Source: Phoronis australis (taxonomy: Eukaryota > Animalia > Phoronida). Taken from it: DNA of 64,000 nucleotides. The stretch spans positions 287,982-351,981 of the forward strand of contig NMRA01000268.1 of the NCBI GenBank assembly GCA_002633005.1, read 5' to 3'. Numbering within the stretch: position 1 is the first letter of the stretch; each line of letters starts with the position of its first letter. The notes under the pieces were generated by a model. That model had not been told where the DNA came from. It made no database searches and saw nothing but the letters and a program-made list of their open reading frames with translations. A program made the position numbers and the translations under genes. Of this stretch, positions 1 to 12,960 are shown piece by piece.

Positions 1-2868
1 ACCGCAAATGACTTATTACCATTTATCATTGTGATTAACTATGCTGTTCGAGCGTTTTCTGGTGCTTCATCCTTGCCTTTTGGCATAAACCCAAATGTCC
101 CACTTTTTATCAGGATGTTCTACTTTTTCAGTCCAGATGTGCCATTTTTTCACTTTCGAATGTTGGCAACTTTATGACATACCTAAGGAGTTGCGAGGCT
201 GTCATTGAAAATCAGTCAACGAAATGCCACAAGTCATGCTACTAACCATATATATCAAAGGGAATGTGAAGCACATAGTCAAAAAAAGAAGAAGCAGTGC
301 TGAAGATTCAAACTACAGCCAACCAAGTATGAAAGTGCGCTGCCCACCTAGTCCTACATTTGCATTGTTGATACCGTGGCAACGACGTTATGCAAAAATT
401 TAAATCTCATCAGATGAGAATGTGTTATCAAATGAAAAATAAATGAAAGACGAGGACATCCAAGCTTCACGCAACTATCAGTGAGTAGTATAAGATGCCT
501 GCGATGTGTGGAATGATGAATGGGACAAGTGGAAATACGTGGCATGGGGGCACTCTCTGCTGACGCACAATGTCACAATAATTGCTTGCTTTCAACCTTT
601 GAAAAGCTTTTAACTTCTTAATTTTGATACATGTTTAAAAAAGTTATACCGGTAAACAAAAATATGATTGTAAGATTAAAGTTGCATTTCACCTTATTTA
701 TATAGTACAGCCACTGAATTATTAGACTTCGTCCGGTCTGCCTGAGCGTGACCAGGGGACAGACCGGAGAGTGAGGCGTGAATCAACTGTGACAGATGGC
801 GTTAGCCTACGCGTGACTCTCCCCGGAGCTTACCACGAGTTAGGCGTGAACGAAGCGTGAGTGCAGCGCGAGCCAGACGTGAGCCCTACATGAGTTTCCC
901 TGCCTTCTCTACAGTCGGGACAATCATTATTGCTATTGTCACTCGTTTAGCACGACTAGAACAAAGTACTGTAGTATCGTATTTCAAGAAACATTTCTCG
1001 GTGCTGGAATAGTAAACAACTGTAAGAACTTTGACAACATCGGTAAGAAATTCCCTACTGCGTCTGCAATGTACCGGTATATAGTACTGGTCAGCTATCC
1101 CATTCTATATGACCATTACGCAATCTAGTATACTATACAGTTCATTAAAACGTGTGGATGCACAGAATGGCCCACTTACTCAACTGGAAGTCAAAGCATC
1201 AAGAAGCGTAAAGTGAGTAATACTATCTTTAATGCCATAAAATCAACACAATTAATTATCAGAAATGTATCATAGATGTGTAATGAATTGCATGAAGCAT
1301 TGTAGATTAGTAGATTTATTATTTGACATTTATTCTTGTTATATTACATACAAACTGAAAACTGAGTATTATTTCTCATTGATGTTCATACTGGTAGATC
1401 AGAGGCAATAGTGCCGAAGTACTACTTAGTAGATTGATTTTAGTGCAGGTTTCTGACTGCACTTGAGAGCTCGCATTACTCTCTAGTAGTGCCATGAAGG
1501 TCACGTTTACATAAACTCAACAGGATATACAATGTATACTGATCCTGGTTATATGAGAGAGCTTCGGCTTTCAAAGTCTGAATTCAAGAGTGCCGCTTTC
1601 AGTGAAATGGTAACCGTGCGTTTGCCTTCACATAAAAAACGATACCAAAAACTTTGAATGAAAATAGACCAACTGCCACAAAAAACAGCTTCAACAGTGA
1701 AGATCAAATCACGTGCTAACTTACACACATACTTCTTTCTGTGTAGGCTATTATATCATCATGTAAGGCCGCAACAGGGATTGCCACTGAGCCGAGGGGT
1801 TACGTGTTGCCTACAACTTCTGTGTTCCAGTCTATGATTCGGCCATCCAGAAAATATAAGACGAGATTTTAGGGATAGGAATACGTTATTTGGTTTCATT
1901 TCATTTGGATTGATGTGATAACTGATAATCAATTGTTTTAGGGATAGTTAAATAATTAAGCTAGCAGATCACAAGATAATTTAATAGATTTTGATTTTTT
2001 ATAAATTGCACATTCAGTTGTACCCACTATCATTCCAAATCAAATCTTGAGCCAGTTCATCTGATGTTTCAAATGTATCAATCCTTCGATTAATTGGCCT
2101 TTTGTCGTCCACCTGCTCATCAATTTATTTTGTAAATGATATTACTATAGTGGTTGTTTTGTCATCCATCTTAGTTACTCATCATTTATGGTTTAATGTA
2201 AGCTATATCATACCTCGCACATGTCTATTTTCTATGACTATTTCGCACTCTTTACAATGTATACAGAGTGCACCAAAATCCAGTGATATACTTAGCCCAC
2301 TCGCCCAGTCGATTAGATATTTCATGGACATCACTAAGCTATCAGAACTGTTAACCTTTTCGTGTAATGTGCAAATATTTTAGCTGAAATTACTTTTGCA
2401 TCGTGCTTGATATTTATCACATGCGTAACTTGTCTTGTTATGGATAAACCAAGGGGTAAACTGTATGAGAACTTTTCACTCAGTCAGCTTTTCAACTGGC
2501 ATTTTTTCAACTGTAGTTCACCCCCCGTAATTTACCACCAGTAATCTGTCTACAGAATAGAATGATATCAACTTTAGATATGCATTTGGGAAACTTCAGG
2601 CAATGACAGTGACGATTTCATTATATTTCACTTTCCAATCAGTTAACCTGTAGTAACATAACATTTAGCATAAATTAACGATTAAATCTACAATTGGCCA
2701 GCTCGACCAAGTATCCAGTTGTTGGTTTTTCAAGTGACAGCATCAACATCTTGAAGTAATCAGTTCTCAATGTATACAAAGACAGGGGAAAGTAAATGTA
2801 ACCAGTAATGTGGCATTCCACCATAGTCCCCTACTACAAATTGTTTCTGTTGACATATACAGTTTCAG

Positions 2869-3135
2869 GGGTCTGTTTCATAAAAGTAACTAAAAGATAG
2901 AAACTCAGTCTTACGCTCCCATTTCACGATTGCTGTATAAAGATTTGGTCAAGTAATTATGAGTGCATCACAGTCCAAAACTAATTTATAAAAAATTATC
3001 TCAGTAACTAACAGTGATGTGTATATTCTCATAGAATTTTGCTCACGTGAGATTCAACTATTTTTCGGAAATCCTTACGTGGAGCGAAAGGCCAAATACC
3101 TTTCTCGATCTTAAGTCACTTCATGAAACAGACCC
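2869..3135. mobile_element. MITE with about 25-bp TIRs
   Basis: GGGTCTGTTTCAT..AAGT.ACT at the left end and its reverse complement at the right end; flanks CAG/GAG. Confidence 0.65.
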
Positions 3136-4031
3136 GAGGACTTAACTTCTCACTCGTTTATATTTGTTTTTCAAATAAGCATAGCAGCAATGTTGACACA
3201 CGTGAGTCTAACGGAAAAATTCAATTGTCTTCACGGTAAGCTACAGCATAGCGCATGAATTCTGCACGCATTTATCCCGAATTCAGCCATCACGCGGAGA
3301 ACGTGATCATGACCATTTGTCGAGTCAGAGAGGTTACTGCTATTATTATTTTAGTAAAGAATTCCCCCGGGACTACGTGGGCACAAAATACTAAATGCAT
3401 GGGGCTACACAAAACCCATACAAGGGGTTTGGGACTTAACATGCACTCGCAGTAACGAATGGAGATGCTACATGTACATGCCGTCAGCTGCAGAAGCGAA
3501 CTTATCGAAATTTTCTGTTCCACGAAAAGTGTGGTGCATGAATCCACGGAGTAACGATACATGAGTAGTGAGTCAAGATGCGATGGCTATTTTTAGAGCG
3601 AATTAAGTATATCCAGCTGTGATGAGTTTCATGGAGTCCCCCAGCCATGTAAACATCACTGTGAACGCAAGTAGAGGGTCTCGTTGGTTCGTCTTAACTT
3701 CAGGCCACTAAATAGTCTAAGTCTTTACTCACCACGGTTAAGTCGTTGATGGGACATGATTCGGAGTAATAAATTGGACTGCAAAAATTTCCATGCCATA
3801 GGAGTTAAAGGAGTTCGTTTGATTGACAAATATGAGAAATTATGGAGTTTGTCAGAACTCAGTGAATAAGATGCCAAAACAACGGATTACTGTACACACA
3901 TATCTAGATGTTACTTTTATTAGCCTGGTGCACCATCACGGTATGTTACCACAGATACAAAACTGGCAATGGAGAATACCGCAACTCATGAGCCAAGACA
4001 ACTCATGAGCCAAGACTACTGCACACATTAC

Positions 4032-4384
4032 CTGCATCAGTTCATCTTCAAACTTGAATGCCCCTCCCCCTGTTGCACACACTGTATCAGCCAAGCTGGG
4101 GAAGTGTTTTGCCTTGGCCATCTCAATGAATGCATGCATATCATTGGTTGGAAAGCGTATGAAGTGAAGTGTGCCGTGACGTCCGCCCAAATACTGTTCC
4201 CTCATTTCCAGATGAACGTCCCTGATACCTGTCTTGCCATAAGCAGTGTTGAGTGTCAGGTATTTACGAATGATCTTCACTGTCTCCAGCTCTTGCTCTT
4301 CCTCAAGTCGGTCCAAGTCCAGGGGCTCAAAGTAAATGAGTTTGGTCAGCGTGCCCCCAATGTCCATGCCCCACCACGGGAAGG
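4032..4384 (-). CDS. PANK: Pantothenate kinase (type II), major N-terminal catalytic exon (353 nt); downstream exons lie left of the window
   Basis: Encodes [21 protein letters not shown]...[12 protein letters not shown]...[10 protein letters not shown]...[11 protein letters not shown], typical eukaryotic PanK motifs; bounded by acceptor ttttccag and donor CAG|gtaatg. Confidence 0.95.
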
Positions 4385-4909
4385 CTGGAAAACAGTTACA
4401 GGAGTCGCTCATTTTGAGAACTGGTTATCAAAATATGGGACATCTTTAAGTGACTAATGCCAGAAAATAAAATGTAGCTGTAGATGGTATCGTGACAAAG
4501 TGTTTTTGGAAAACAATAACAACGCTGTCTACCCACTGTGGGCAATTGTGAAAAGGAAGGAAAAATTTACTTATTTAATTTTTGGATAAACTCTCTTCTA
4601 AGCCTATTAACATACCTTAATTACATTCTAGATTACTTAAATGTCTGAAGAAAATAATGCCATGCCAGCCTCGCCAACTGTCACAAAGACTGTGTATCTT
4701 CTTCACCTATTTACCACACAACATACTAGACAAAAGAATTTTTCTTCTTTAAATTTCTCAGCAGAAATGAAGATTAAGAAAATGTCAGTCACTCTATTAC
4801 TAGCTTGGCTTATACTGTGCAGATGTCGCAAAACAGCATTTGATATTTAAGTACTTTACATATTGTGTGAAGTTAGAGAAGAACTGCTGTAAATCAGTAA
4901 ATGTAACTC

Positions 4910-5660
4910 GCACCATGAGCTTACTAGCATACTGATGGATGGCTACGAGAGAGACTGCTCAACTCACCCTCAGCTTACTAGCATACTGATGGATGGCTAC
5001 GAGAGAGACTGCTCAACTCACCCTCAGCTTACTAGCATACTGATGGACGGCTAGGAGGGAGGCTGCTCAACTCACCTTAAGCTTACTAGTATGTTGATGG
5101 ATGACTAGGGCAACGCTGCTCAACTCATCAACTCACCTTGAGCTTACTAGTATATTGATGGATGGCTAGAAGAGAGGCTGCTAATCTCACCTTGAGCTTA
5201 GAAGTGTATTGATGGATGGCTAGAAGAGAGGCTGCTAATCTCACCTTGAGCTTACTAGCATATTGATGGATGATTAGGAGAGAAGCTGCTAAACTCACCC
5301 TGAGCTTAATAGTATATGACTAAGAGAGAGGCTGCTCATAACACCTTGAGCTTACTAGTAAATTGATGGATGGCTAGGGGAGAGGCTATTCAACTCACCT
5401 TGAACTTACTAGCATATTGATGGGTGGTTAGGAGAGAGGCTGCTCGCTACAGCTTGAGCTTACTAGGGTGGATGGCTAGGGGGAGGCATCTCGCTACACC
5501 ATGAGGTTACTAGTGTAGTGATGGATGGCTAGGGGGAGGCATCTCGCTACACCATGAGGTTACTAGTGTAGTGATGGATGGCTAGGGGGAGGCATCTCGC
5601 TACACCATGAGGTTACTAGTGTATTGATGGATGGCTAGGGGAGAGGCTGCTCAACTCCAA
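4910..5660. repeat. Minisatellite, about 52-56-bp unit (agcttactagcatattgatggatggctaggagagaggctgctcaactcaccttg)
   Basis: About 13 diverged tandem copies; partly repeated at 6048-6325. Confidence 0.9.
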
Positions 5661-8399
5661 CCATAATATGCTGAAGTTTATTAAATTTAAAACATAATGT
5701 GGTGGGACAGGGAAAAATATTTTATAAAAATTTTCAACAAAAGTAAACAGGAAGAAAATTTTACTTCATCATTTCCAAAGTTTATATTATACAACTTTCA
5801 TCAACAAACACACAATGAAATCTGAGCATTTTTAACACTACAGTGAATTTACTTGAAAGTTGAAGAAGTGACCATTTCGTTAATTGGTTTTGTTCGCATT
5901 TTAGGAAACTTTACCGCACTTATCATATGTCACGATGACGGTGCTTGCACACCGAGTAATGGATTTCTGAATGACAGTTAACACCAATTTGGCCATCTTA
6001 TGCACAGCACTGCTGTCGTTTTTTAAAAGTACTGCGGGAACATTTGNTAGAAGAGAGGCTGCTAATCTCACCTTGAGCTTACTAGCATATTGATGGATGA
6101 TTAGGAGAGAAACTGCTAAACTCACCCTGAGTTTAATAGTATATGACTAAGAGAGAGGCTGCTCATAACACCTTGAGCTTACTAGTTATTGCTGGATGGC
6201 TAGGAGAGAGGCTGCTCGCTACACCTTGAGCTTACTAGGATGGATGACTAGGGGGAGGCATCTCGCTACACCATGAGGTTACTGGTGTATTGATGGATGG
6301 CTAAGGGAGAGGCTGCTCAACTCCAACCATAATATGCTGAAGTTTATTCAATTTAAAACATAATGTGGTGGGACAGGGAAAAAATATTTTATCAAAATTT
6401 TCAACAAAAGTAAACAGGAAGAAAATTTTACTTCATCATTTCCAAAGTTTATATTATACAACTTTCATCAACAAACACACAATGAAATCTGAGCATTTTT
6501 AACACTACAGTGAATTTACTTGAAAGTTGAAGAAGTGACCATTTCGTTAATTGTTTTTGTTCGCATTTTAGGAAACTTTACCACACTTATCATATGTCAC
6601 GATGACGGTGCTTGCACACCGAGTAATGGATTTCTGAATGACAGTTAACACCAATTTGGCCATCTTATGCACAGCACTGCTGTCGTTTTTTAAAAGTACT
6701 GCGGGAACATTTGTCAGCTTGTAAATATCTGGTGCCATCACAGCTAGCTTGTGGACAAGTAATCTCAGCAATAATTTTAGTTTAAAGTGGTGACATTTAA
6801 TTTCACAGTGACTGGATGTTGCGTGCTTCGAGGATTTTTCGTGCAAAATATTTGTTAAGATGCATCAATATTTTTGTAGGGCATTTTTTATTCGTAATTG
6901 TAGCAAAAAGCATGCTACAGTGGCTCTGGCCTTCAATTCTGGTATGCTGAAGCGACAGGAGTTGTTTTCCAAACATATTGTGTTGATGTCACCAAATTAT
7001 ATGAGGTGTCAGAGGATGTTTATGAGCCAACAACCATCTGACAGTATATTTAAACAATGACAGTGCCGTAGATGAAATCCCTGAATTGTGCAGGTGTTTG
7101 GGTGAAATCGACATACTATCAGAATTTAATATTACTTTAAATAATTCTTATGTTGAAAAGGGAAGTAGATGAGAGTACCATGGGCAATTTGCTACAAGAA
7201 AATACAAGAAAAGACAACATGGCCAGACGACAAGTCTGCTTATATCTACAGCCTGTACGTTTTTTAAAATTTGAAAGCTCCATGCAGTGGCACATTTGAA
7301 AACCAATGCTTTGTTCAGGTTTTGGTTGAAACCATTTGTTTTAGTTCTGAATACTGTGAATTAGTTTTGCTAGTTGAAAAAGCATGTATCAAATAGAGTT
7401 AAAATGATTTAATAGTTAAAATTTAAGGTTGTTTTGTACCTTATTGACCAGCCTTTGTATTTAGCCAAATCTACAAAACCATAGATTTGAACTAGGTGAA
7501 ACTATACAGTTTAAGCTGAAAGTAAAAACATGTAGATTTTTACTTAATTTACCAATCCATAATAATTGGATCATGTGACCATGTCTTTTTTGTAAAATTT
7601 AGCAAAAAAGAAACTTAAGGTACATTTATAGCAAAACAACGGTATCGATAACATGATCAAATTTTATTGTTCAAGATGAGATCTCAAAAACTCTGTTATG
7701 CTTTCCTAAAATATCACTTCATTTTTGTTTTTATGAAAATTCAGTTTTTCATTAATCGTAAAAGTTGATAGCCCCTCATGAAAAGCTTGAAAATGTTAAA
7801 AACAATTCCCATCACCATTTTGGATAACAGTGCATAAAGCATACCATAGTATCTGAAGTATCGCACGAGTCTGATAACCCATTTCTGAGACATATTGTTT
7901 CGAATTATTTTTCTAGGCTCACATAACCTCAAATGGGAAGATTCGTCACTGCTAAATAGATTCAGTCCAGTTTGCAGTTTACAATTTCCTTGAGGCTCAA
8001 TCAACACTGAAAGTCTTCAACACATAAAAGCATTGTGAACAGAACTAAATAAAACAGTCAAAACTTGAATGACTGAACACAGCAAATTATTTACTAGTAT
8101 TTTTGTTATAAATGACTAAAAGTAGCGGATGCTGGGAATTCACATTTCCTAATACCTATGGAGAAAGTAAGACTACTATGACGGTTTGTTTAAAAACCTT
8201 GGGTTTCACACAGAAACAAATGAGAGCTGACAGATATGAAGGCAATATAATCAAAATATACCTGCAATTAGCAGTACAAATTCTAAAAAATTAATTACAT
8301 TTAGCATCCTAGGCAAGAGTAGTAGTGTCACAATAGTCACGGAGGTGACAGAACCAGTAAAACTTGCATACTTTCAACAGAAATACAGAGCCTACTCAC

Positions 8400-8466
8400 T
8401 TTTACGGCACATATCACTGCACAGCAGTAGCGTATACCAAACAAAACATCTGTACCTAATTTCCAT
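8400..8466 (-). CDS. Candidate alternative N-terminal exon of PANK (MEIRYRCFVWYTLLLCSDMCRK)
   Basis: Acceptor-like ttattgtcag directly before the ATG, open frame to donor A|gtgagt, phase 1 compatible with the 4384 exon; no homology support. Confidence 0.3.
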
Positions 8467-8647
8467 CTGACAATAATCAATAACAAGCAGGCGTAATAAT
8501 AACCACAAAACCAATAATACAGACCAAAAATACCTCAATATTGAAGTTCAACAACAAGTTGTATGGAGATAATTGTGTAGCAACTGTAAATATAATTAAT
8601 AATGCTACATAACAAGGATTGTGCAGACATGGTGAGACTTATTAATC

Positions 8648-8810
8648 ACACAGTTTGGCAGACAAGTGAAATTTTATGTTGTCACATTCTAAAGAGAAAT
8701 AAAAATTGAGAACATTTCATTTTGAGCTACAAGCAAAGTAAATTTTCCTGAATCATTTTTGTTGGAAATTAGACAAAATGAAATTTCACCTGTCCACCAT
8801 ATTGTGCCCT
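8648..8810. repeat. Fold-back inverted repeat of an interspersed family (related ends near 50950 and 56585)
   Basis: gacaagtgaaattttatgttgtc pairs with gacaaaatgaaatttcacctgtc. Confidence 0.55.
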
Positions 8811-10311
8811 AAACTGAAGAATTTGTACCGTAATTCCGGTGTTTTCCACGACCTCTTTTAATTCGACGCTGTAACGAGTTTGGATTTTGCCGCGTCGAGT
8901 TTGGAGAATGCGCGTCAAGTTTAGAAAGTGCTGCGCCAGGTTGGCACTTCAGCCCTCGGCACCTAAGCAGAGCCCGATTTAACCAACATCAAGCCCAATT
9001 CAGTACTTCTGATGCAGTTAACACTATATGTATAATTTTGTATGACACAAGAGTTTAAACTATAACTAATCATTCACAGAAAGATTTTTTCAAGCATAAA
9101 AATAACAAAAGCTGAACAATGGCTGAGATGCCAATGAAGCAGACTTCTGAGTAGACCACAAAAACTAAAAAAGACCACTAAACCTTTAAAAGTCTCTGGA
9201 CTCATCAGGTTAATCTCTAGGCATTTCTTACACCAATTTCAATGCCACCTACTAATGAAGAAAACCTACTTACCAATACATTTGGAATAAAAAGGGTTTT
9301 AATCAAGCCTCTTTTTCAAAGCAGTAAAAACCAAACATTACCTTGGTCAAGCAAATTCCATGAGATACAATGGAGTACTTATGAATGCCTACTTATTAGG
9401 ACAGCAGACAACAGGGTTATGAACTATGTCATAGGTCATTACCCTCTTTCTGAGATTTTTGACATCTTATTATGTGAGCTGAGGCAGGAACTTCATCACT
9501 TAACTGCAACTCCACCTAATCATCATTAGAAGGATGACTGCAGCCACCGATGGTTGAATACCTCCAATTTATTAGAAGTACACGATTGCGTCTCATGAAA
9601 TTTGTCTGATAAATGACTCACCAATCAGATGAAATTATTTAGTGAGACCAATTACTATGACTGAATCAAAAATTTGTTGCCGTTTAAATTTTTTTAGATT
9701 AAATTTGCTAATTATTCAAACAAGGACATTACTAGCCTCAGTTTCGTTTGATGTCATTAAGGTATAATAATATGCTTGTTTTTGTTATTATTCCCGCTTA
9801 TCCAACAATTTGAAAGGTTTCAGGAAACAGACATGCCCATTTTGTTTTGAACCTGCCTCCAAGTAACCTTGTTATTGTGGATCATTTCTGAAAAGCATGC
9901 GGAGCAGTTTCAGCTAATCATGTTCACCGAGTATTGAATAATGCAGCCTCCCCTCCCATCTAATAATTTCTAGTTGACTATAAACTTTCATCATCATAAT
10001 ACTCGTTTCAATCACCATTCCTTCAGTATAACTGAAGCTAGACTGTAAAATAAATCATCATTCCACATTTTTATTCAATCCAGTCAATCTTCATTCATTT
10101 TCAAGACTAAAGTAAAAATTTTTTGATAGTATGGTGCAAGATGATGAAAATTATTATCTTTTCGCATATTTTTACATGTCATATTTATTTATTTTATTTT
10201 ATTCAATTTATTCCTTGTTATAAAAGACATTGTTTACATTGGGCTGAGTTTCTTATGTTATCGATTTCATTTATGGTAGTTCTGGAACTGACTTTTCAAT
10301 GTGTTTTTAAT

Positions 10312-10489
10312 CAGCCTCGTAACATTCCTCACAGTCATAAAATTCCATTTCCATTACCATCAAAACCATTGACTAAACAAACGACTCAACAAATTACTGC
10401 AAAAATATTTCAGAGTTTATTGGGACTGGCCAACTCTTAATTGGTAATGGAATTGGGATCCCATAATGGTAAGGAATATTACGAGACTG
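10312..10489. repeat. Fold-back inverted repeat (MITE-like)
   Basis: cagcctcgtaacattcctcac...ccattacca pairs with tggtaatgg...gtaaggaatattacgagactg. Confidence 0.6.
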
Positions 10490-10604
10490 GTTTTATGAGA
10501 GCCAAAGGCCCAACTCGATTTTCATTTTTAACCAGAGACATGAAGCTTTAATGAACGAGTGCAAACAAGTTAACATCCTGGCGCATCCTGTCTTGCTTAC
10601 TTAC

Positions 10605-10662
10605 GTGGTGGGTTGTTGATGACAGGCATGGAATTCACATGCACTAGACCCAATTCTGCCAT
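10605..10662 (-). CDS. PANK: Probable first coding exon of PANK (MAELGLVHVNSMPVINNPP); whole exon including UTR 10605-10738
   Basis: Strong Kozak context ccaccATGG, donor C|gtaagt in phase 1 that joins the 4384 exon in frame (NPP-P-FPW), acceptor ttgttttgcag upstream. Confidence 0.75.
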
Positions 10663-12781
10663 GGTGGACCAATCACAGAACAGATGAGTCCAATGTGTAG
10701 ACAGCCATGTCCCAAGGTAATGACAACACTGTCCTGCTCTGCAAAACAATAATTGTCTCTAAAAGCAATGCATTAATACCTAAGGCTTATGTAAATTGAG
10801 ACAGATTATGTATGTAGTATCTCTCCAGTTATCTGACATGAAGAGGACAGGTCCAACCCCAAAATAGATAACAATGGTAAACAACTCTTGGATGGATTGA
10901 GACTAATATAAGAAGCTAATAAACTCTACTGACATATTTTCAACAACCAAGGTTGTTTTAAAAAGCCATCCGTTTCATATCAACACATCACCTTGAGTTT
11001 AGGTATTGCATCAGATATTTGCAATTAGTAATCGTGACAAATATCAACGTCACCATAGTCATCATACCCGTCACCATACCCGTTGGTTATATCACATGAT
11101 CAAATTACGGAAAGTCTGATAGCAGATGGGGCCTAAGAGAAGATTGAAATTCATATTACTAACCAACACTAACTGACCTCACATACAATTTAGGAGGACA
11201 ATCGGTAACCATAGTGCACTGTAATTCATATTGCCTTTTAAGGTCTGTGAATTAAACTAAATAACTAAAAAATTGTCTGTAAAAGTAAATATTTTCTAAA
11301 AGTACAATCCCTCTAGAACTAGATTTTTGACGTTATTATACCAAACTGCAATCACTTGGGTCAGGTGATCAAGCTTTTTAGAAAAATTTACCAAAGCAAG
11401 ATAGCAACCTGACCAAATTTCATTTGACATGCAGTTCGATAGAATCTCAAAAATGCTATAACAATTTTTTAAACAATCATTTCATTTTCGTAATATTACG
11501 GTTGCAACTTCCATTTTTTTATAAAAAATTAGATATCATATTTTGTAGCCCTTCATGCGAAATGGAACATTTTGAAAACAAATCCTAACAGTGTATTGGA
11601 GAACAATGCATACAGCATAGTATCTTTGAACGTTTTTATGTATCCGGTCAGCCATTTCTGAGACACGAGGCTCTGAAGTTAGCTAATTTTGGCCAAATTT
11701 CCAGGGTCTTACATAATGTTAATGTCCAATAATCAATTCTCATCAATTGTCACACATTCTAATATTCTAATCTCATCGCTATTCTCGTTATTCTAGTCTA
11801 CTATTGAATAGTCTTCTTTTTGTTAATTAGACAAAACAGTCATATTAATTCTATGGGCAGCATTTATGATCACATGGTCAAGTGCAATATTCACAAACAT
11901 AATATTGAATAGAAAAGGTTAATACACAAAAAAGAAACCAATATAAAACATGTTTCAACAATAACTGAATACATAAATTTGATTTAAATGTAAAGTTGTC
12001 TTAAAAACAAAGATTACAGAACGATAAACAATGCAGAAAAGGATTCACATTTCTGGGTCTCCTCTGTAAGCCATCTCCAGAGTCGAAGTCTTCAAAGCAG
12101 AGCACAATTGCTCAAATTGAAAATTCCTCAATTTGGGACAAAAATAATTGCTTAAATTGCTACATTTCTATTTTTCAGAGGCAGAACATATGGTTGTAAG
12201 GATTGCTGATGAAAGAAAGCAATTTAAGTGCACAATGTATTTTTGATGAGGTGAAAATTTCTGATTCGGTGACCAGATTTGGGCTAGGGCCTACCGCCTG
12301 CTTAAAATACACAGGGATGAAATTAACACAGAGACCGAGGGTGAGGGGCTAACGACTACGTGTAATTTTTGGGTAGGTAGCAAAACTTTAGAAAAGGTAG
12401 ACACTCATTAACTAGTCGATAAACCGACTCTTAAGGCAATAGGGTTGGAAGTCCACACAGTGAAAGTTTAGAATCAAGTGCCATACATAAAGTCGCGCGG
12501 ATGGCCCGCCATTTTGGGACAAGAATAAATATTTCCGAAATGAGTTTTTCATAGTCCACAAAATTGGTACAAGGTCCAAAAACTGTTTTTCAATGATCCT
12601 CGAATTTCGGACAATGTCATAAACATCGGATTTCTGTCCTGCGACTTTCGGACAAGGAACATTTTCGAAACGCTAACTTTGGATCGACGCAACTCTCGTG
12701 TCATTAAAGCGTTCAATGGATGATTACTGCTCTACAAGGCTTGAATCTGAAAATCGGTGCAACGGGCTCTGTAATTTTTAC

Positions 12782-12960
12782 CTTGTCTTGAAGATGTCAC
12801 GACTGTTACTTGGTTGTCTTGCGTTTAGCTTGTGTTTGGCGCTTTATCTATGAAGAGAATCACCGAGTCCCGAATGACGAAAATATCTGATGAAAATACA
12901 AATGGGAAATACACTGAAGGCTGCAACTTTTCGTTGTAGCGTGACATTTGCTCTGGTTTA
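12782..12960 (-). other. Candidate non-coding first exon (5' UTR) of PANK; 5' boundary uncertain
   Basis: Donor CAAG|gtaaaa on the minus strand within a CpG-enriched zone (about 12300-13650); YY1-like CCGCCATTTT near 12506. Confidence 0.4.

Noticed and set aside
1-4031. miR-103/107-type intronic microRNA or further PANK exons
   Set aside because: No matching hairpin or PanK-coding segment recognised; that microRNA association is a vertebrate feature of a later intron.
3969-4457. 162-aa plus-strand ORF
   Set aside because: Antisense shadow of the PANK exon.
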